A stretch of 64,000 bases of DNA from Octopus vulgaris (lineage: Eukaryota). The notes under the pieces were generated by a model. It was not told where the DNA came from. It worked only from the letters and a program-made list of their open reading frames with translations, and made no database searches. Shown piece after piece: positions 1 through 14,095 of this stretch. The first letter of the stretch is position 1. Each line of letters opens with the position of its first letter. Position numbers and translations under genes: made by a program. The DNA lies in the NCBI GenBank assembly GCA_951406725.2, contig OX597829.1, forward strand, positions 43,648,001-43,712,000. The letters are read 5' to 3'.

Positions 1-1
1 G

Positions 2-1159
2 GGGAGCTTGCCAAGCTATCTGTTACATCGACCCGCAGAACGGGCGATCAAAGAAGAAGTGCAGGTCGTAGACGATCACAGTAACACTACTAACTCCTTC
101 CACCGTCATCACCACCACCAACAACAACACCACCATAATCACCATCACCGCCATCATCACCATCACAAGCGAAGCGACAGTGCTCATAGTAGTGATCAGG
201 GTAGCTCTGCAGGAAAACATGACGTAGACCAAGGAGAAAGCAACAGTTCTAGAAATTCCTCTCCTCACAAACCTCACGTTGAAAAAGAACACACTTCTAC
301 CGCGCACGAAGACAGAGAAAAACACCGATTGCACGAACGTCTTTATCCGGTGGCAGCCTTGTCACCAGGATCTGATATTGGTTCAAGTCCAACAAGAATC
401 GAAAAAGAACAACGGAGTCCACCCAACGTTACAGTCATTCAACCATCTGTTAGTCACCCTATGTTCTCGTATCTCTACCCTCCGACAGGAGTCTATCCAA
501 CTCATTCGGGCGCTCTACCTTACGTCGGTCACATGCTATTTAATAGCAACAATTCATTCCATCACAGCAGTCTGCCAATGCAATTCATGTCGTCCTCCTC
601 TCCTGGCGATCTGAGCCATCTCTCATCAACACATGCACACCATGCATCCTCTAATATAATGTTGAATGCGCATATGCCTCTGCATGGGACTCCACTTCTA
701 CCGCACACGTACTCCCTCACATCCTCTTTGGCTGGAGGTGGAATCCCTAGTGGACTTTCTCCGTTGACCGGACCTCATCTTGGATCTCTCTTGTCGTCAC
801 GAACCAACCATCGTTTTTCGCCATATTCGGTACCTTTGACGAAAACCACGATGGTCACAAACACTTCCCCGTTAGCAGCGAGTGAGCTGCACTCTGGAAG
901 TAGATTAGATGGAGACAGTAGCAGTATCACACCGGTCTGTACTGTTTCCAGTGCTACAGGTTTGTCCTCGCCGTCAAGAGGCTCTCCATCTTCCTTGAGG
1001 AGTCGCAGTCCGACTCAAATTCCAACGTCCTCTTCATCCTCATCTGCTGTTGTTGGGCCAACGACAAACCAAGGCAGTGAACTGCGAAATATCGAGCGTA
1101 TGTTAAATGGACTCGACAAAAAACCCGAAGCAGGAAGAAATGACGCAAATGATAAATGA
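2..1159 (+). CDS. tbx2/3: C-terminal coding portion (probably last exon) of a T-box transcription factor of the Tbx2/3 (optomotor-blind) subfamily; T-box domain lies upstream of the window
   Basis: Frame is open from position 2 to TGA at 1157-1159; the TTG start in the track is not a real start. Non-microsatellite, His/Ser/Pro-rich sequence. NHRFSPYSVP matches the Tbx2/3 RFSPY motif and SELRNIERMLNGLD matches the Tbx2/Tbx3 C-terminal ELQSIQRLVSGLE motif. No T-box is visible, so the call rests on these two motifs. Confidence 0.8.
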   Translation, partial: GSLPSYLLHRPAERAIKEEVQVVDDHSNTTNSFHRHHHHQQQHHHNHHHRHHHHHKRSDSAHSSDQGSSAGKHDVDQGESNSSRNSSPHKPHVEKEHTSTAHEDREKHRLHERLYPVAALSPGSDIGSSPTRIEKEQRSPPNVTVIQPSVSHPMFSYLYPPTGVYPTHSGALPYVGHMLFNSNNSFHHSSLPMQFMSSSSPGDLSHLSSTHAHHASSNIMLNAHMPLHGTPLLPHTYSLTSSLAGGGIPSGLSPLTGPHLGSLLSSRTNHRFSPYSVPLTKTTMVTNTSPLAASELHSGSRLDGDSSSITPVCTVSSATGLSSPSRGSPSSLRSRSPTQIPTSSSSSSAVVGPTTNQGSELRNIERMLNGLDKKPEAGRNDANDK

Positions 1160-1180
1160 ACAACGCTGATATGGTTAATT

Positions 1181-1186
1181 AATAAA
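1181..1186 (+). promoter_or_regulatory. Candidate proximal polyadenylation signal (AATAAA)
   Basis: AATAAA 22 nt after the stop codon. Many more occur downstream in AT-rich DNA, so actual usage is unknown. Confidence 0.2.
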
Positions 1187-2110
1187 TTAGATATCTATCA
1201 TCCTGAACAAACAAACAAACAAAAATTCTGGTTTGATACGAAATAATGAATAAACAAATATCAGCGAAAAGGAATAAATCAGTATGAAATAATTATTGAC
1301 TGCATCGATAATCAATATCTCTCGATCAAAGCAACGTGAGTAAAATAAACGAGAATTCCTAAAAAAAAAATTCCCACTTATATGCGCTTCATGCGCAGCC
1401 CATGGGGAATCTATCAAATCTGCCATGAAACAACATTTTTATCACATAGATGAACGGTATGTTTGCGTGAATGCATACATATAGACATACATACAATTAA
1501 AAAAAAAATATATATATATACACACATACATCCATATGTTAAGCATTGATTCATACAAACAAAAGAAAAAGGTTGACAGTACAAGTCTGTTTGAAATTGA
1601 AGTAAAATTTGAAAAAAAAAAAGAAATTAAGGAATCAAAACACTATGATTGAAAAGGGGAAAACGTCTTTTTTTTTCTTTTTAAAGAAATGATACTTTAT
1701 AAGAATTAAACAAAATACCAAATTGTCTCACTTCCTATGGTAAACGGAAGCTGTTCTCCTGACAAATCACCTGATGACAATGTTAAAAGTTGATGATGAT
1801 GATGAGGATGATAAAGAAGAGAAGATGTTGAAAGGCTTTTTTTTTTTTTTTTTTAAGGATGCCGCTACCTGTTGAGTTGCTACCATTGTCTTTTTAATCG
1901 TGTTCTTATTGTTGAAGAAATAAAAAAAAACTAGTGACACTGTAAACGCTATTTGAACCCAAAACTCTCACCTACAAGAAGATGAAAATAAATTAAATCG
2001 AATCAAAAACAAACACAAGAAATATGGGGAAAGAGAAATTACAACAATGTCGGAAAGAGAATAGAATGCGACAGCTTGCATATATATATATATATATATA
2101 AATATATATA

Positions 2111-2141
<31 letters not shown>

Positions 2142-2722
2142 CGCAAGATACGAATCCTGACTGATTGTGCCCAGCATCAGAATATTATATTTATTTATTC
2201 AGTAATTTAAGATTAAAAAAAAAAAAATGATTAATGAATAACAGACAAAAGTCTAAGTGGAAATAAACAATCGGAAAATTAATTATCCCGAATGAATTGG
2301 AATGCGATAATTAATTTAATTGTACAATTATGAAATCTGATGAGCAAAGAAAACAAATATGCAGACAAAGTTGTCATAGACAGAATTATATATACTTATA
2401 TATAAAATAATCAAAAACTTAGACATAAACAAACACACACACACACACACACACACATACAGGTACATATACATTGAACGACTAATACACACGCACATAT
2501 GTACATATATATATATGCATGTGTGCACAATTAAGTACGTATGTGATAAAAAGCAACATTAACAGCGCAATTAAACAGTTAAATGATAAAACGGGTTGAA
2601 TACGCGCAGCATACATATGTACATGCATACATGCACACACACGCATGTATGTATACTTACCTGCATACACGCTATACACACTCGCGTGCACTCATACATT
2701 CACGTATATATATATATATAAT

Positions 2723-2764
<42 letters not shown>

Positions 2765-2769
<5 letters not shown>

Positions 2770-2829
2770 TATATATATACATATATATATACATACGTAT
2801 ATTAAAAAATCCATGTATATATTCTGAAG

Positions 2830-2861
<32 letters not shown>

Positions 2862-2930
2862 TATATATATACATATATATATACATACGTATATTAAAAA
2901 ATCCATGTATATATTCTGAAGTATATATAT
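2765..2930. repeat. Tandem duplication of a ~93-bp unit within (TA)n
   Basis: catacgtatattaaaaaatccatgtatatattctgaagtatat occurs twice (near 2792 and 2884). Confidence 0.8.
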
Positions 2931-4224
2931 ATTCATTAGACGATTAAGATTAATGGTGGAAATATGAAGATAAGAGAAGAGGAGGTGAGAGGAAAGAAAA
3001 GACAATAATTGTTAAAATATTTTACGACTAGCAGAAAACAAAATGGAACAAAAAGCAAAAAAAAAAAAAAAGAAAAAGAAAAGAAAAAATTCCACAAGGA
3101 ACTTTCTGTGAAGCAACAAGCATTTCTTTGGAATTCTGGAACTCTGTGCGTTCGTGTTCATGTGTTTGTTTCTTTGTATTTCGGCGGTTTTTTTTTAATT
3201 TCTTCTTTTTTGTTTTGTGGTGTGTCTGGAAAAAAGAGCTCGTGATGATGATGATGATGGCGATGATGATGACATGACAAATAGAGTTAAGCAGTGACGA
3301 TGAAAATGATGATGATGATGTTGTTGTTGATGATGACGATGATGACGAGGATGCTGATAAAAAAAACTACTATGAAAGGATGGTAACGCTGATTATGCGA
3401 ACAAAAGCAGAGAATTTTGAATGAAATTATCAATGATAATGATAAAGATGATAATATATTACTGAGGATTTCAATGACTAAAGAGCACCAATCACCATAC
3501 CACACACTCCACTAAGGATGATGATAATGATGACGATCATAATAATAATAATAATAACAATAATTATAATAATAATAATAATGATACTGCGGTGAATATT
3601 GCAAATATACAGATAACGTTGACAATTTGTTAAATATATTGCAACGCAAAGAGTTCCGAAAAAAGGAGCATTAAAAATGGCGAAGTCCGCCAAGTAATAT
3701 TGTTCAGATCACCGCGCGTTTGGAAAAGCCAAGTTTGAGATTTCGCAGCCAATCGGGTATAATGACGTAGACACGGGTCTGTTAACATATAAGATGCATA
3801 CATCGACCTATTCATACATATATGTGTGTATACATACGTGCATGTATACATACATACATAATATATGCACATAAATTGTAGACGCGCATTCATTAATAGA
3901 TTCTCCGCATATAAATATATACATACTTACATACATATACCTATAAAGATATATTTATCGCGCACACATACACACGCGCACACACACACACACACATACA
4001 CGCACACTCACATATGCATATAAATGGTTATATATTTCCTGAGTGGGCTTGAGTCCCCTGTTAAGTGTTATAGGACTATTTAGAATATAAGGGCGTCTCT
4101 GAGTTAGAATTTCTCTATGTTCGTGTTTGTATTTTTAGCAAGGAACAGAAAGTTTGTAGGTGAGATATTGGAGCTACGAAAAAATTTGACTTCATTATTC
4201 ATTAGAAATTTTACATTTACCTGT

Positions 4225-4280
<56 letters not shown>

Positions 4281-4292
4281 TACATACATACA

Positions 4293-4324
<32 letters not shown>

Positions 4325-4649
4325 AATATGTGTGTGTGTAAACGTTTTTAATGCATATTTTTTAAAGCGTAAACAGTGCAGGTTATAAAAAAAATAATTC
4401 GATTTTTTATAAGTAGGTTTATATTGGCTTTCGAAATATAGTTAATACATAGTTAATACAAATATCACATATGAATGTATACTAATATATATAAGTGTGT
4501 ATATGTATGTGTGTGTGTATGTGTGTGTGCGTATGTATATAAAGTATATATATATATACATATACGTATATATGCTTACACACACACACATATATATATA
4601 TGAAGCTGATGCTCTCTCTCATAAAAGAACAAAGGTCTCATGCACGCAC

Positions 4650-4985
4650 ACATACAAACTCACATACATACATGCATACATACACACATACATACATACG
4701 TACACACATACATACATACATACATACATACATACATACATACATACATACATACATACATACATACATACACACATACATACACACATACATACATACA
4801 TACATACACACATACATACGTACATACATACGTACATACATACATACATACATACATGCACACATGCATGCATACATGCATACATACATACATACATACA
4901 TACACACACACATACATACACACACACATACATACATACATGCATACATACACACATACATACATACACACATACATACACACAT

Positions 4986-5016
<31 letters not shown>

Positions 5017-5084
5017 TACATACATGCATGCATACATACATACATACATACATACATACATACATACATACATACATACATACA

Positions 5085-5112
<28 letters not shown>
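4650..5112. repeat. (TACA)n/(CA)n compound microsatellite
   Basis: Direct reading; it explains the HTYI/MYVC ORFs. Confidence 0.95.
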
Positions 5113-5115
<3 letters not shown>

Positions 5116-5917
5116 GTAATGCCCAACGTCTCATTTACTAAATTTTATTCATAACTAATGCCTTTCGTTGAGTGTGATTCGATGTGATGTTTTGTGATTA
5201 TTCCCCTTAGTAACAAACTTTTTTAAATATGTCTAATAAAACGAACAAGAACAACAACAACAAACATTAATTGAAAAGATTGGAGTTTATTCAATCGAAT
5301 CGTAGAACTAAGCTGGTTTGTCTTTTGTTTGTGTACGTGTGGGATTTGATGGAATTGTAATTATCTCTTTAGTCTGCGATGTAGTTTAATCACCAGTAAC
5401 AACCCCAGCCAGACGTACATAAAGTACATACTTGAAAGAAAAAAATCAAACAAACGTAAGGGATTAATATATATGGTGGCAGAAAGAGATGGGGGGGGGG
5501 AGCTGAGAATAAAGGAGAGAGAGAGATACTTAGAGCGAGAATTGTGGTGGAAAACACACACACGCACACACGCACACGCACACACGCACACACGCACACA
5601 CACAACACGCACACACGCACACACACACACAACACGCACACACACAACACACGCACACACACGCACACACACAACACACACAACGCACACACACACACAC
5701 AACACACTCACACACACACAACACGCACGCACACACACGCACACACACACGCACACACATACATATAGTGAGGATTGTGGCAGTAAATCGTAGATAACGT
5801 TCAAGAAAAAAGAGTGTAACAAAAATAAAGATGGCTGGGAGAGGCGTGCATATGATTGGAAGATAGAAATAATTTTGAACCGGGAGAGAGGCAGTGATAG
5901 TGAAAGACAGAAACATA

Positions 5918-5956
<39 letters not shown>

Positions 5957-6114
5957 GGGAAGAGGGAATAATTTGGCAGGGAGACATTAAGAAAATTAAT
6001 CGAAGTATCAATCAAAACAGGTGTGGTTAATATATATATATGAATAAATCGCAAGCACTCAACACACACACACACACGCACACGCAGTGAGAAAGAAAAA
6101 AAAAAAGCTATTAG

Positions 6115-6740
6115 ACCGGGCCGACCGATGCCTTGTGAATGAATTTGGTAGACGGAAACTGAAAGAAGCCTGTCGTATATATGTGTATATATATATAGGT
6201 ATGTGTGTATATGTTTGTGTGTCTGTGTTTGTCCCCCCTAGCATTGCTTGACAACCGATGATGGTGTGTTTGCGTCCCTGTTACTTAGCGGTTCGGCAAA
6301 AGAGACCGATAGAATAAGTACTGCGCTTACAAAGAATAAGTCCCGGGGTCGATTTGCTCGACTAAAGGCGGTGCTCCAGCATGGCCGCAGTCAAATGACT
6401 GAAACTAATAAAAGAGTAAAAGATATATATATATATATATATATATAGCGGTTCGGCAAAAAAGAGACCGATAGAATAAGTACTGGGCTTACAAAGAATA
6501 AGTCCTGGGGTCGATTTGCTCGACTAAAGGCGGTGCTCCAGCATGGCCGCAGTCAAATGACTGAAACTAATAAAAGAGTAAAAGATATATATATATATAT
6601 ATATATATAGCGGTTCGGCAAAAAAGAGACCGATAGAATAAGTACTGGGCTTACAAAGAATAAGTCCTGGGGTCGATTTGCTCGACTAAAGGCGGTGCTC
6701 CAGCATGGCCGCAGTCAAATGACTGAAACAAGTAAAAAAG
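6115..6740 (+). mobile_element. SINE family A, 5'-truncated copy with its 3' ~140 bp present three times in tandem
   Basis: Body gaatttggtagacggaaactgaaagaagcc...; the segment agcggttcggcaaaa...gactgaaac recurs at ~6287, ~6447 and ~6609, separated by (TA)n. Confidence 0.85.
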
Positions 6741-7439
6741 GAGAGACTGCATAGGTAGTTTGTTGGATTTATAGATTTCGAGATCCATGGCAAAATCGCA
6801 AATAACTGCATACACAATCGCATAGACAAACGCGCGAGTTCACACACTGCGCACACTCAGGAATTTAATAAAAGAAAAAAAAGCCATCAATTCTTCACAT
6901 TTTGTTAAGTGAGCGAGTTAAAAGGTAACAAGCGGTTGCTTGACTTTTTGGTAATAACAGGAAAATATAACCACTATCGAATCCCACAATCCTTATAAAA
7001 CTACTAGACTACTCGTGACCCGTTGCATCACCAACAATTCAAGGTACCGAGAAAGTCTGTGTTTCTCAGCAGCGGAGTTTTGTTTCGTGGGGTTCTTTTT
7101 TTTCATTTCCAGGTTATTTCGCATGCTTTCAACGAATGTGACATCGAAATCACGTGTAAACGGCTCCTTCTCCAGAGAAAGAAAGATTTGGCTGCTATTT
7201 CTTGCATGCCCTGTTACCACGTAAGAAGTATTTCGGGTCCTTTATCGCAAATAGCTGGTACGTGGTAGCAAGCCGTTCTAGAAATTGCAGCCAAGTCTAT
7301 GGAGGTGAGATACGTTGAATGCACTCGAAAGAAACCTATGGAAAAAAAACTATTTCACACCAAGGTTACGAACGGGTCTTTTACGAAATATTTACCGTAT
7401 TTTTTTTAAAAATTTCACTTTAAAATATTTTGCCCATCA

Positions 7440-7720
7440 TAATGGTCAGATGGAAAGGTTAGAGTTTCTTCCCTTTCAGGGTTAAGTTATTTTCGGAGTA
7501 TTTTCCCATTATGCACCGTTTAGGGTATTTATAGCCCCCAAACCCCGAAAATCTCAATAATCACTGGTCCGATTTACGCGAAAATGGTTATATTTCGTTT
7601 GAATTCACATTTCAGGGATATTTTACTTTCAAAGTATTTTCCCATTATACACCGGTTTGGCTGTGTAACATTGCAAGCAAGCAAGCAAGATCGAAGTTCA
7701 TTTTTAATGTAATATAGATA
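7440..7720 (+). mobile_element. Possible Helentron-associated (HINE/DINE-like) non-autonomous element fragment
   Basis: ctggtccgatttacgcgaaaat motif, internal direct repeat gtattttcccattat (~7498, ~7634), and a short (GCAA)n followed by a ...taatatagat end. Resemblance only. Confidence 0.3.
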
Positions 7721-9343
7721 AGGAGGATGCGTACATTTCAGTTATAATACTATAAATTACGAAATGCTAAATGGCGAAAGAGGCATTTGGTTATTAGTCT
7801 GCTCAATAAGGATTTACCTAGAGCTAAAGATTAACAACAAAAACAATAGCAACTACAACTTCTATGGTTAGTGTTATAGTTAATCTCACATGCTATTTCA
7901 TCTACCTATCTACTTTATACCGTTGGATTGTTACAGCTGAACGTGGATTCCAAATAACTCGCTACAAATTCCGTCATACATGTATATATATATATATATA
8001 TATTGTCAGTACAAAGGAGAAAACGGAAACGAACCAAAAAATAAATAAATAAAATAAATTAATGAAAGAAAGAGAAATAACAGAAGAAATTTTAAACTAT
8101 TGAGCAATTTCTTTCACTTGTTCTCGAAATATAGAAAGCAAAACTTGGAAGTTTTTCTCATTAGTATTAATAATAAAATATTATTAATGGTCTAATCATT
8201 GAAAAGCTATATTTTCATCGTTAATTTAATTTAGTTAAGTATTCGTATTTTATGTTAAGAGTATATTTATTGTGAAAACATACAGAGAAAGAATTGAAGA
8301 AAAAAAAAACCAAAAAAAAAAAATGACGAAATAATATATACCAAACTACAAGATTCTGTTTTCTTTGTTTGCAACAGTGAAAAGAGGAGAATGTGCGGAA
8401 AAAAAAAAAAACGTTGGAAATATTTTATTTTACCCTATATTTAATTTATTATTATTTTTTTTTTTTATTGACTAAAATTTCCAGACAACTTTTTTTTTTT
8501 TTTCTTGAAAGCACTTTTCTGTTTTTAATGAAATGAATTTAAGGAGGTGAAAAAAGGTGTGGTGCAACATTAAAAATAAATAATTGAAAAGCGAAACCGC
8601 CAAAAAAGTTTGAGAAAAACTCTACTGAAGAATATATGAAATAAATTATCACACTTTAAAAATGTGAAAGATATCCTCTAAACAATGATAAAATGAGGAG
8701 GTAAAATGAGATGTGACACGAAAACGAAAGTGAAAACAACAGACGAGGAAAAAAAAAAATGATACGTGTGCTTCAGAAAATATTTCAGAATGCGCGTTTG
8801 TATATATATATGTAACATATATATTTGTGTGTGTGTCTATGCGTGCGCATATGTATGTGTGTACACACCCTACTAAAACACACACACACACACACGTACA
8901 TATACATAAATGCAAACATGCGTATAAGCATATGTAATTATGTGTACTGTGTGTGTATATATATATATATATATATGAATCATGGTTACAAGTGGAACAA
9001 AAATACAAAAAAAAAAACACAAAAAAAAAAAAGAAAAAATTGAGGAAAATATGAAGACAGTAACTTTTTTTTTTTAATAGAAAGAAAAGAAGAAGTCAAT
9101 ACAGAACCATCCCGAACATTCATGATGATTGTGGAAAATAATGCTGAACTATAATATTGATTAATATTAATTAGGAAATGCCTGACCGAGGAAGTATTTT
9201 TTAATATATATAAATATATATGTATATATGTAAGTGTGTGTGTGTGTGAGAGACAGAGAGTGTGTGTGTTCAACGCAGATTCGTTTGTGTAAGCACGAAG
9301 AAAGTGCAATTGAATAGAATAATATATATATATATATATATAT

Positions 9344-9390
<47 letters not shown>

Positions 9391-9714
9391 CATATATATA
9401 TATATATGATGATATATACATATATATATATGTATTGTATAATTGAATATGCATATACATGTATATAATTGTTTATGTATCTAAATATATATGTATAATA
9501 TATACATGTGTGTGTGTGTGCATTGTGTCTTTTGTGTATAATTCATTATACATATATATTACACACATAAGTTTATGTATGTAAGTATAAATATGATTTA
9601 CATGGATGTGCGTATAAATCTATATATGTGTGTATAAATATATGTATATATATATATATATATGCATCACGTATACATATATATATATACGTGTGTGTAT
9701 ACATAATACATACA

Positions 9715-9796
<82 letters not shown>

Positions 9797-9939
9797 GCTG
9801 TAAATTTAAGTTGTTCAAACGATTCTGGTGATTTTTCAGGATGACAAAGCGACTATTTAAGATGAAATAATTTAACTTTTTTTTTTCTTATTTCAAGGAG
9901 TATGGTGCCAACTTGTTCATAACAATTTTATTATTATTA

Positions 9940-9987
<48 letters not shown>

Positions 9988-11004
9988 AATTATTAATTAT
10001 TATTAATGCTATTATATAAATTAAAATCTGTCTACAGTCATATAGTTGGATGGGTTTATAGAAAGACACATATACGATTATACTGACAAACAACCTTTAT
10101 TTGTTTGCATAAATTACACATTATATACAAATACAAACCGATACATTCAACATACACTTTCGTGCGTGTATATAATCATTAGTATTGATAAATGCAGTTT
10201 ATGCATCCAATAAAAAATATCCAAAATACGCTTGCATCACATACTGTATATGTATAAATAAATGGGTGTGTCTCTCTCTATATATATACATGCGCGCGTG
10301 TATGTGTGTGCTGTGTGTTTATTTATGTGTGTGTATGTATTTATATATGTGTGTACGTGTATCTATATACAAATATATAGAATACATATACACGTGTGGG
10401 TGCGTAAAAAATACGGATTCATATACGTTTATCATATAACAAAACGAACCAGTCGACACAGTTAAACATGCTTTTTTTACGTAAGATTAAAACATAAAAA
10501 TATTTGTATATTATATTATCTGTAGAGAATTTTCAGACTGGTGATTTATCACCTATTCTTATTTGGTTGAAGAAATAGTTCACATGATAATTAATCATCT
10601 GACGACCATTGTAGTGGCGAGGATAACAAACTTAATTCAAGAAATTACAATTAAAATAATAATAATATTAATTGTTATTAGTAAAATATAACTGGAAAAA
10701 AAAAAGGCGTAATTCTTATGACCCTTTACAATGTCTCCAAAATTGTCGAATTTCCTGACTGCAGACGAATTTGCTAAAGGCATCCAAGGGACAGGCATTA
10801 TTAAGTAGGACGATGGATTAAATAGCGACTATTCCACTAAAGAATGGACGCTATTTTCATATAGTTTCCGCCCACCAAAAATGGATGACTTGTGGCGAAT
10901 AAATAAAATACATATAACAAATGTACCGCGTAGTGAGATCGAACGCTTAACAGCATTGTTGCAAAGCGTTCTTCTTAACCACAAATAGCGATTTGAAATT
11001 TCAG

Positions 11005-11410
11005 CACAAGACCAGTAATTTTGAGGGAGGGACTAAGTCCATTTGATCGACCCCAGTATTCAACTAACACTTATTTTATCGATCCGAAAGGATGAAAGGT
11101 AAATTTGAACTCAGAGCGTAAAGACGGACGAAATGTCGCTCACCATTTCGTCCGACGTGCTAACGACCCTGCCCGTTCACCACCTCTTAACCACAGATAT
11201 TCTTTTCTACTCTAGGACCGAAACTTTATGGGAAGGGGCCAGTCGATTAGATCGATCGCAGTATGCAACTGGTACTTAATTTATCGACCCCAAAAGGATG
11301 AAAGGCGGCAAAGTCGACCTCGGCAGAATTTGAACTCAGAACATAAAGACAGACGAAATACCTCTAAGCATTTCGCCCGACGTGCTAACGTTTCTCTAGG
11401 CTCGCCACCT
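11005..11410 (-). mobile_element. Two adjacent degenerate SINE family B copies
   Basis: Reverse complement of the family B body (gaaaggatgaaagg...gaactcaga...gacgaaat) at ~11005-11185 and ~11200-11410. Confidence 0.8.
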
Positions 11411-11426
11411 TTCTTAACCATATATA

Positions 11427-11568
11427 TTAGGTTGTCCCAAAAGTTCGTAAACACTTGCGAAAATTGAATTTTTTACTCGCCAAATACTAACAAAAACAAC
11501 AAAAATTATTCCTCAAAATAAAGACCATTATTTTCCAAGACTTTCTACGAACTTTTGGGACAACCTTA
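11427..11568. mobile_element. Mariner-type MITE (142 bp)
   Basis: TIRs ttaggttgtcccaaaagttcgta / tacgaacttttgggacaacctta (1 mismatch), flanked by TA at 11425-11426 and 11569-11570. Confidence 0.85.
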
Positions 11569-12193
11569 TATTAATTAACAGAATGATAAATTTAAGAAAC
11601 CTGTAAATTGTTTAAGAATTGGAAAGAATTTTTATTTGTGTGTGTTTGTGTATGTATGTGTGTGTGTGTGGTGGGGGGTATCCATAGTTTATTGACCAAC
11701 ACCTTCGTAACGACCACCACCTTTTATGTCACAAGAAAATGCCTTCGTGTAAAATCAAAATTGATTATTGAAAATATTAAATAAAATACATGAATACTGG
11801 AATTTTTTTTTTTTAAATGTTATTCGTATGTAAAAAAAATATTGAAAAAACCCGGATTCTATGTTTTAAAATGAATACCTGGATATAATCCGGTATCGAA
11901 TTGCTACAGCACAATCACCTGTAGATGAGATGGACATTTTGTAGCACCACCAAATATGGTGCGATATAGCTTACTGTTGAGTCTTCGTTCTTGTGCTGTC
12001 TTGTAGTATACGCACGCGCACACACACACACACACACACACACGTGCAGATATATCCTCACACACACATGCAAATATCCACATACACATGCATGCACACG
12101 CATTCACATCTGCATGCACTTACACGTTTATATTTATAAGCATTGATAAAAAATCTCCTGCTACTTTGGGACTTGTATACACATTTATGTATG

Positions 12194-12226
<33 letters not shown>

Positions 12227-12378
12227 ATATAAATAAACAGATGTACACCATTACACACGCTCTTCTATAGTGTGCATGCGCGTTTTCATGTGCACGTGCA
12301 ATGTATTTGTAAGGAAATGGTAGTCACTGTGCGAGTTAGATATGTGTGTGTGTATGTGTATATATATATATGTATATG

Positions 12379-12412
<34 letters not shown>

Positions 12413-13221
12413 TTGTATATAAATATATCTATATATAAATATCATGCAAATTATATATATATATATACATATATATATATGTATGTATATATATATATAT
12501 ATATATATATGCATATATGTGTATATGCATATATGTGTATATGCATATATGTATGCATATATGTATATATGCATATATGTATATATGCATGTATGTATAT
12601 ATGCATATATGTATATATGCATACATGTATATATATATATATATACATGTATATATGCATATATGTATATATGCATACATGTATGTATATATACATGTGT
12701 ATATATATATGTATATATATGTGTGCGTGTGCGTATGCACGCACGTGCCTGTGTGAGTGTGTGCGTTGGTACCCGCCGTGTCTCCGCTTATAAAGAGCGT
12801 TAAATCTTTGTTATTGGTTCTTGATGTAGTTTAGAAAAATGTAGCTGTGACTAGTAAGAAATGGTCGTTTGTTTTTTTGGGGTTTTTTTTAAATGGGTAT
12901 GGAAGTATGGTTGGCTGGTTCGGGTGTTGGTCGGTCAGATGTTTTAAACTTAGATCAGTCCTCATTTGCCTGAAATACACAAATTAAATGCAATTCTTCG
13001 TGGCCATGACAACAAGTCTTTATGGTGGTATATAGGTAAACATAAATAATCTGTATATTACACTATTATTTTTTTTTAAGACGATGGAGTGTAATTTGGA
13101 TCAGATTTGGCTGCTATTTAGGCACCGTACAGAGTTTGTCCGTTTGGTTGTTGTTGTTATTATTATTATTATTATTATTATTACAATTCCTTTCACTAGT
13201 AACGGGGTGAAGAAGATGAGG

Positions 13222-13425
13222 CGGGTGGTAGCGAGGTGGCAGAATCATTCGCGCGTCAGACAGAATGCTTAACAACATTTCGTCTGTCGTTACGTTCTGA
13301 GTTCAAATTCCGACGAGGTCGACTTTGCCTTTCATCCTTTTGCGGGGTGAAATAATTAAGTACCGGTTAAGCACTGGGATCGATGTCAATGATTAGCCCT
13401 CTCCTCTCAAATTGCTGGCCTGGGT
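13222..13425 (+). mobile_element. SINE family B, degenerate copy
   Basis: gttctgagttcaaattccgacgaggtcgactttgcctttcatcc...aattaagtaccg matches the other family B copies. Confidence 0.8.
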
Positions 13426-13470
13426 CTAACCCATTGTAGAAGTGATGGTAACGATAGCAACAACAGTACC

Positions 13471-13506
<36 letters not shown>

Positions 13507-13532
13507 GACAACAACAACAACAATAATAATAA

Positions 13533-14095
13533 TGAACATATCTTCCCGAGTGTTCGACATGGACTTCATGGCATGCTCTGCTCTCTCACTCTCTGATACA
13601 ATAATGAAAATAATAATACTATTTATTACTGTTTCACTTCTCAGAGAGCTCGATCTTGTTTGCTCTGGTAGATTCTGTGAGAGCGGGCAGCAGCCTGCTG
13701 TCAGAAGTCTTACGCGGCCTCTTTCTGCACATTATAAACGTTGATACTTGGTTGTTAATTACCGTGGGGGGCATTTAACTTTCAAGTACCAACCTCAAAA
13801 TTTTAGCTGTCCCATCCATGCAGAGCAGATTCTTGGTGTTTGCTCTGCTCTCATATCAATTCCGATTTCTTTGACATATTTCTTGAACTTGGTTGTTATT
13901 CATCTGAGTGCCCCTACAACTACTGGAATGGCTGACACATTCCTCATAGTCCACATTCTTGCAATTTCGTCTTTTAGTAGTCTGTACTTTATAATCTTTT
14001 CTAGTTCTTTGTCCCTTATGCGTGCATCTCCAGGTATTGCAATATCTACAATCTTGATTTCCTTTCTTTCTTTATCTACCACAATATCTAATCAA
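13533..14095 (-). mobile_element. 3' fragment of an RLE-encoding non-LTR retrotransposon (R4/Dong-like)
   Basis: ORF 13900-14082: VDKERKEIKIVDIAIPGD...EKIIKYRLLKDEIARMW...IPVVVGAL is the restriction-like endonuclease C-terminus typical of the R4 clade. Its 3' end runs into (AAT)n at ~13471-13532. Confidence 0.8.

Noticed and set aside
23-614. Overlapping alternative ORFs (23-334 minus, 279-614 plus)
   Set aside because: They are shadows of the Tbx2/3-like reading frame with no independent support.
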